A DNA stretch of 64,000 nt, from the NCBI GenBank assembly GCA_009859145.1, contig VRVR01000045.1, forward strand, positions 112,142 to 176,141, written 5' to 3'. The notes beneath the pieces were generated by a model. It was not told the DNA's origin and ran no database searches. It saw only the letters and a program-made list of their open reading frames with translations. Position numbers and translations under genes: made by a program. Of this stretch, positions 61,409 to 64,000 are shown piece by piece (the first letter of the stretch is position 1; the number at the start of each line of letters is the position of its first letter). Source of the stretch: Andalucia godoyi And28. Its lineage: Eukaryota > Protista > Jakobida.

Positions 61409-64000
61409 ATGGCGGACCCTAAAGACAACGGGGTGATTGTGGATGCACCGCCGTCCTTGATGTATTCCCCTACGCATGGCAGTAACAACGCGTTTCCTGC
61501 ACGCGAGCCTTCCGAGGCGCAAGGAGGAAACAGTGTTGGAGATTTCGAACCGGAAAACGACGCAGACGATCTGCAGTCGTTAAACGTTACGTTGAAGAGC
61601 GTTTGCTTCGGGATGATCACGAACCTTCTCCGGTTCTCGCTGAACCCCTGGCTCCTGTTGGCCTGTTTGGTCGTTGAAGGAATCCAAACGGCGACTCTGG
61701 CATTTGTGCTCCCGCTGCTGAACACCTCTGCCAATCAAGACGGTGCAAGCGTGCTGTTTGTGATCCGCACGCTTGGCATCGCGTATCTGCCGTCCGACAT
61801 TCTAACTGTGATCTTTTCGCTGCTGCTGATCGTATATGCAGCGTGTTTCTTTGTGGTGTTCTTGTCCATCCGCTCGGCGCTGAGTGCCATGCGCCCAAAT
61901 GATGCGCTCATCAAATTCACGGCGTTTGTGGTCCCCGTGTCCATGTACGTTTTGTTTGTTCCTTTCCTGACGCTCTTCGGCTGGGGAATCACCAGTCCGC
62001 TGTCGTTTGGATCGTACCTGACGAGCATCAGTTCGGACGCGACTTCCATTGCTCTTCTTGCGGTGATCACGGTATTGTTGTTCTTCTTATCCGCGTTTTG
62101 GTCATTTTCTGTTTTCGATCAACGAAAGTCGCTGATCAGCGGTCGCATTGAGGCGCTGTTTTTCGTTTCCAAGTTTCTCATGGTTTTGTTTGAATTCATG
62201 TTGGGAGGCCTTTCCACGTGGATCTACTTGTCCTTTGCGGTGTTGTCTTGCGTGTCGGCGTACCTCCACATGAAAAAGCTTCCATTCTTCAGCTTTTCTG
62301 CAAACGGAATCAGAATCGCCTCTGTCGCTTTCGTTGCAGTTTCCGGTGTTCTCTTCTTCTTTTCCTCCCTGGGAACGTCGACTAACTCCCTGGGATGGTG
62401 CATTGCAGCTTTTGTGATTTCGATCGTCTGCGGGCTTGCCATGGGTGTCGTATTCCCTGTGGTTTACGTCCGAAAGATTCGCGAATCCATGTTTGCACTT
62501 CCCGGATACCGCTACTTTGTGTACTTTGATTCTGCAGACGCCAACGACGCCGATGATCTGAGCTCGCAAGACGGCTTGGGTGGCACCTCCCAGGATCCGG
62601 AAATGGCGGTCCCACGAAAGCCCACTAGAAACTCGTACGACAACCAGCTCAGTCTTGTGCAATGCAAATCGCCGTGGTTTACGGCTTCGAACGTGAGCAT
62701 TTTCGAGCGCTTTTATTTGAAGCCCCAGCTAAAGCAAATTCGTCACCAACTGTCCCAGGCTCCAGCAGAGATGTCTGCTTCGCTGAGGACACCTCGCTCT
62801 GGAGCTCCTCGGCGAATTCACTCAGAACTGTCTGTGGCGTCGTCTCACGAGAGTGAATCGGCGGATCTGGCGGAAGTGGAGAACCTGTGCATGGTTGACG
62901 GTTTAGTCAAATATGTAGACTTTCTGCATTCGTCCCTCGTTCAGAAGTTCCCCGATTCTCCGGATGTTCTTCTTGCGTTTGGATTCCACATTCTTGGAAG
63001 CAGAAAACACGTGAATGAGATCCGCGGAGAGCCGCTGCACCGAATTTCGCTGGTTGTCCGTGAAGCCGCTCGGCTATGCCACGGCGTTTGGGACTTGGAA
63101 CTGTCCTCGTATCTCTTGCGCCAGTGGTGCCAGTTCAGTTCCGACGACGACGACTCCTCCGACAACATCGCCTCCAGTTCTGATACTGTGCAGCGAGCAG
63201 TGCTGATGGCCCAGACACGTTCAGAACCAGCTTGCTGCTGCATATGTTCGTTTCTGGAAACTGCTGCTGAACCCTCACAAGACCACGGCTCTCACAGAGG
63301 AGTCCATTGCAGTGATCGAGGATCTGGAACAGTCCACAGAGAAGATGTTTAATGGACTGATGAAGTCGTATCCTCGATCAATTCAGGTTCTCCGCGCCGC
63401 AGCCAAGTTCTTCTCGGACGTCAAGCGCGATGAGCAGAAATCGCAAGAACTGCTGCTGACTGCCTCTCATTTGGAGGAGCTCGAGTCGCAGTACCGCAGC
63501 GGAGACCTGCAGAGGAGAAGTACATCTGCCGACGAAGCTTCATTCGAGGCGGCAAATGCACGTCTTGCTTGGCGAAGAGAGTCTGTTGAGCTGGATCCCG
63601 CGACGCACTTGAATGCGCCTCGTCGATCCACGTCAACCCGCATTGTCGGCGGATACAGTGCTGCAGTCACTGGCCGTGCAGGGAGTGGAGTCGTACCCAT
63701 CAAAGGGACTGCCAGTTCTGGGGAACTGCAAGTTGGAGAAGACGACGACTCGATCATCGGCTCGCAGTCTGGAAATGTTGGAAAAGTCAAGTTTGGAGCG
63801 TCTTCGAAGCCGCATGGGTTTTCAACGGCTACTGCACAAGCTGCAGACGAGAGATCAAATGACGGTCGATCGTCAAACGGGTACTCCTACAACTCGAGAT
63901 CGACGGACGGAGGATTGTCGCATACCCGCGTGCGGAATCGTGAGCACAGTGTCTACAGAACTCTGTCACGATCGATGATTCTCACTTGCGTTTGCACCAT
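61409..64000 (+). CDS. TmcB/TmcC-like multi-pass membrane protein, 3'-partial, with a frame change near 63220
   Basis: About 8 N-terminal TM helices, GRIE, KKLPFF. A second frame from 63222 reads QNQLAAAYVRFWKLLL...LMKSYPRSIQVLRAAAKFFSDVKRD (TmcB-type helical repeat) and is open to the window end. Confidence 0.7.

Overview
Gene-dense, intron-poor nuclear DNA from a eukaryote, most likely a flagellated protist with mitochondria; the taxon cannot be fixed from sequence alone. It uses the standard genetic code (TAA, TAG and TGA all act as stops) and has a few 81-169 nt GTATGT...AG introns with CTAAY branch points. The window holds about 27 protein genes, including a tandem double glutaminase, glutamine synthetase II, SEY1, DPH3, HACD, DCAF13/SOF1, SYF1/XAB2, MRPL28, a ZIP transporter, a neutral sphingomyelinase, two divergent LRR-Cys-rich-7TM receptors and a TmcB-like membrane protein. 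It also holds an intron-containing tRNA-Ser(AGA) and a multiply frameshifted APC permease. The main hidden signal is three dispersed, mutually homologous remnants of a Fanzor (eukaryotic TnpB, Fanzor2-like) element at 35154-35630 (-), 55289-55715 (+) and about 60450-60849 (+). None encodes an intact nuclease. All three keep a structured 3' module (candidate omega-RNA scaffold) ending in a shared terminal motif and followed by different flanks (candidate guides). All calls come from manual reading and motif recall; no database searches or folding programs were run.
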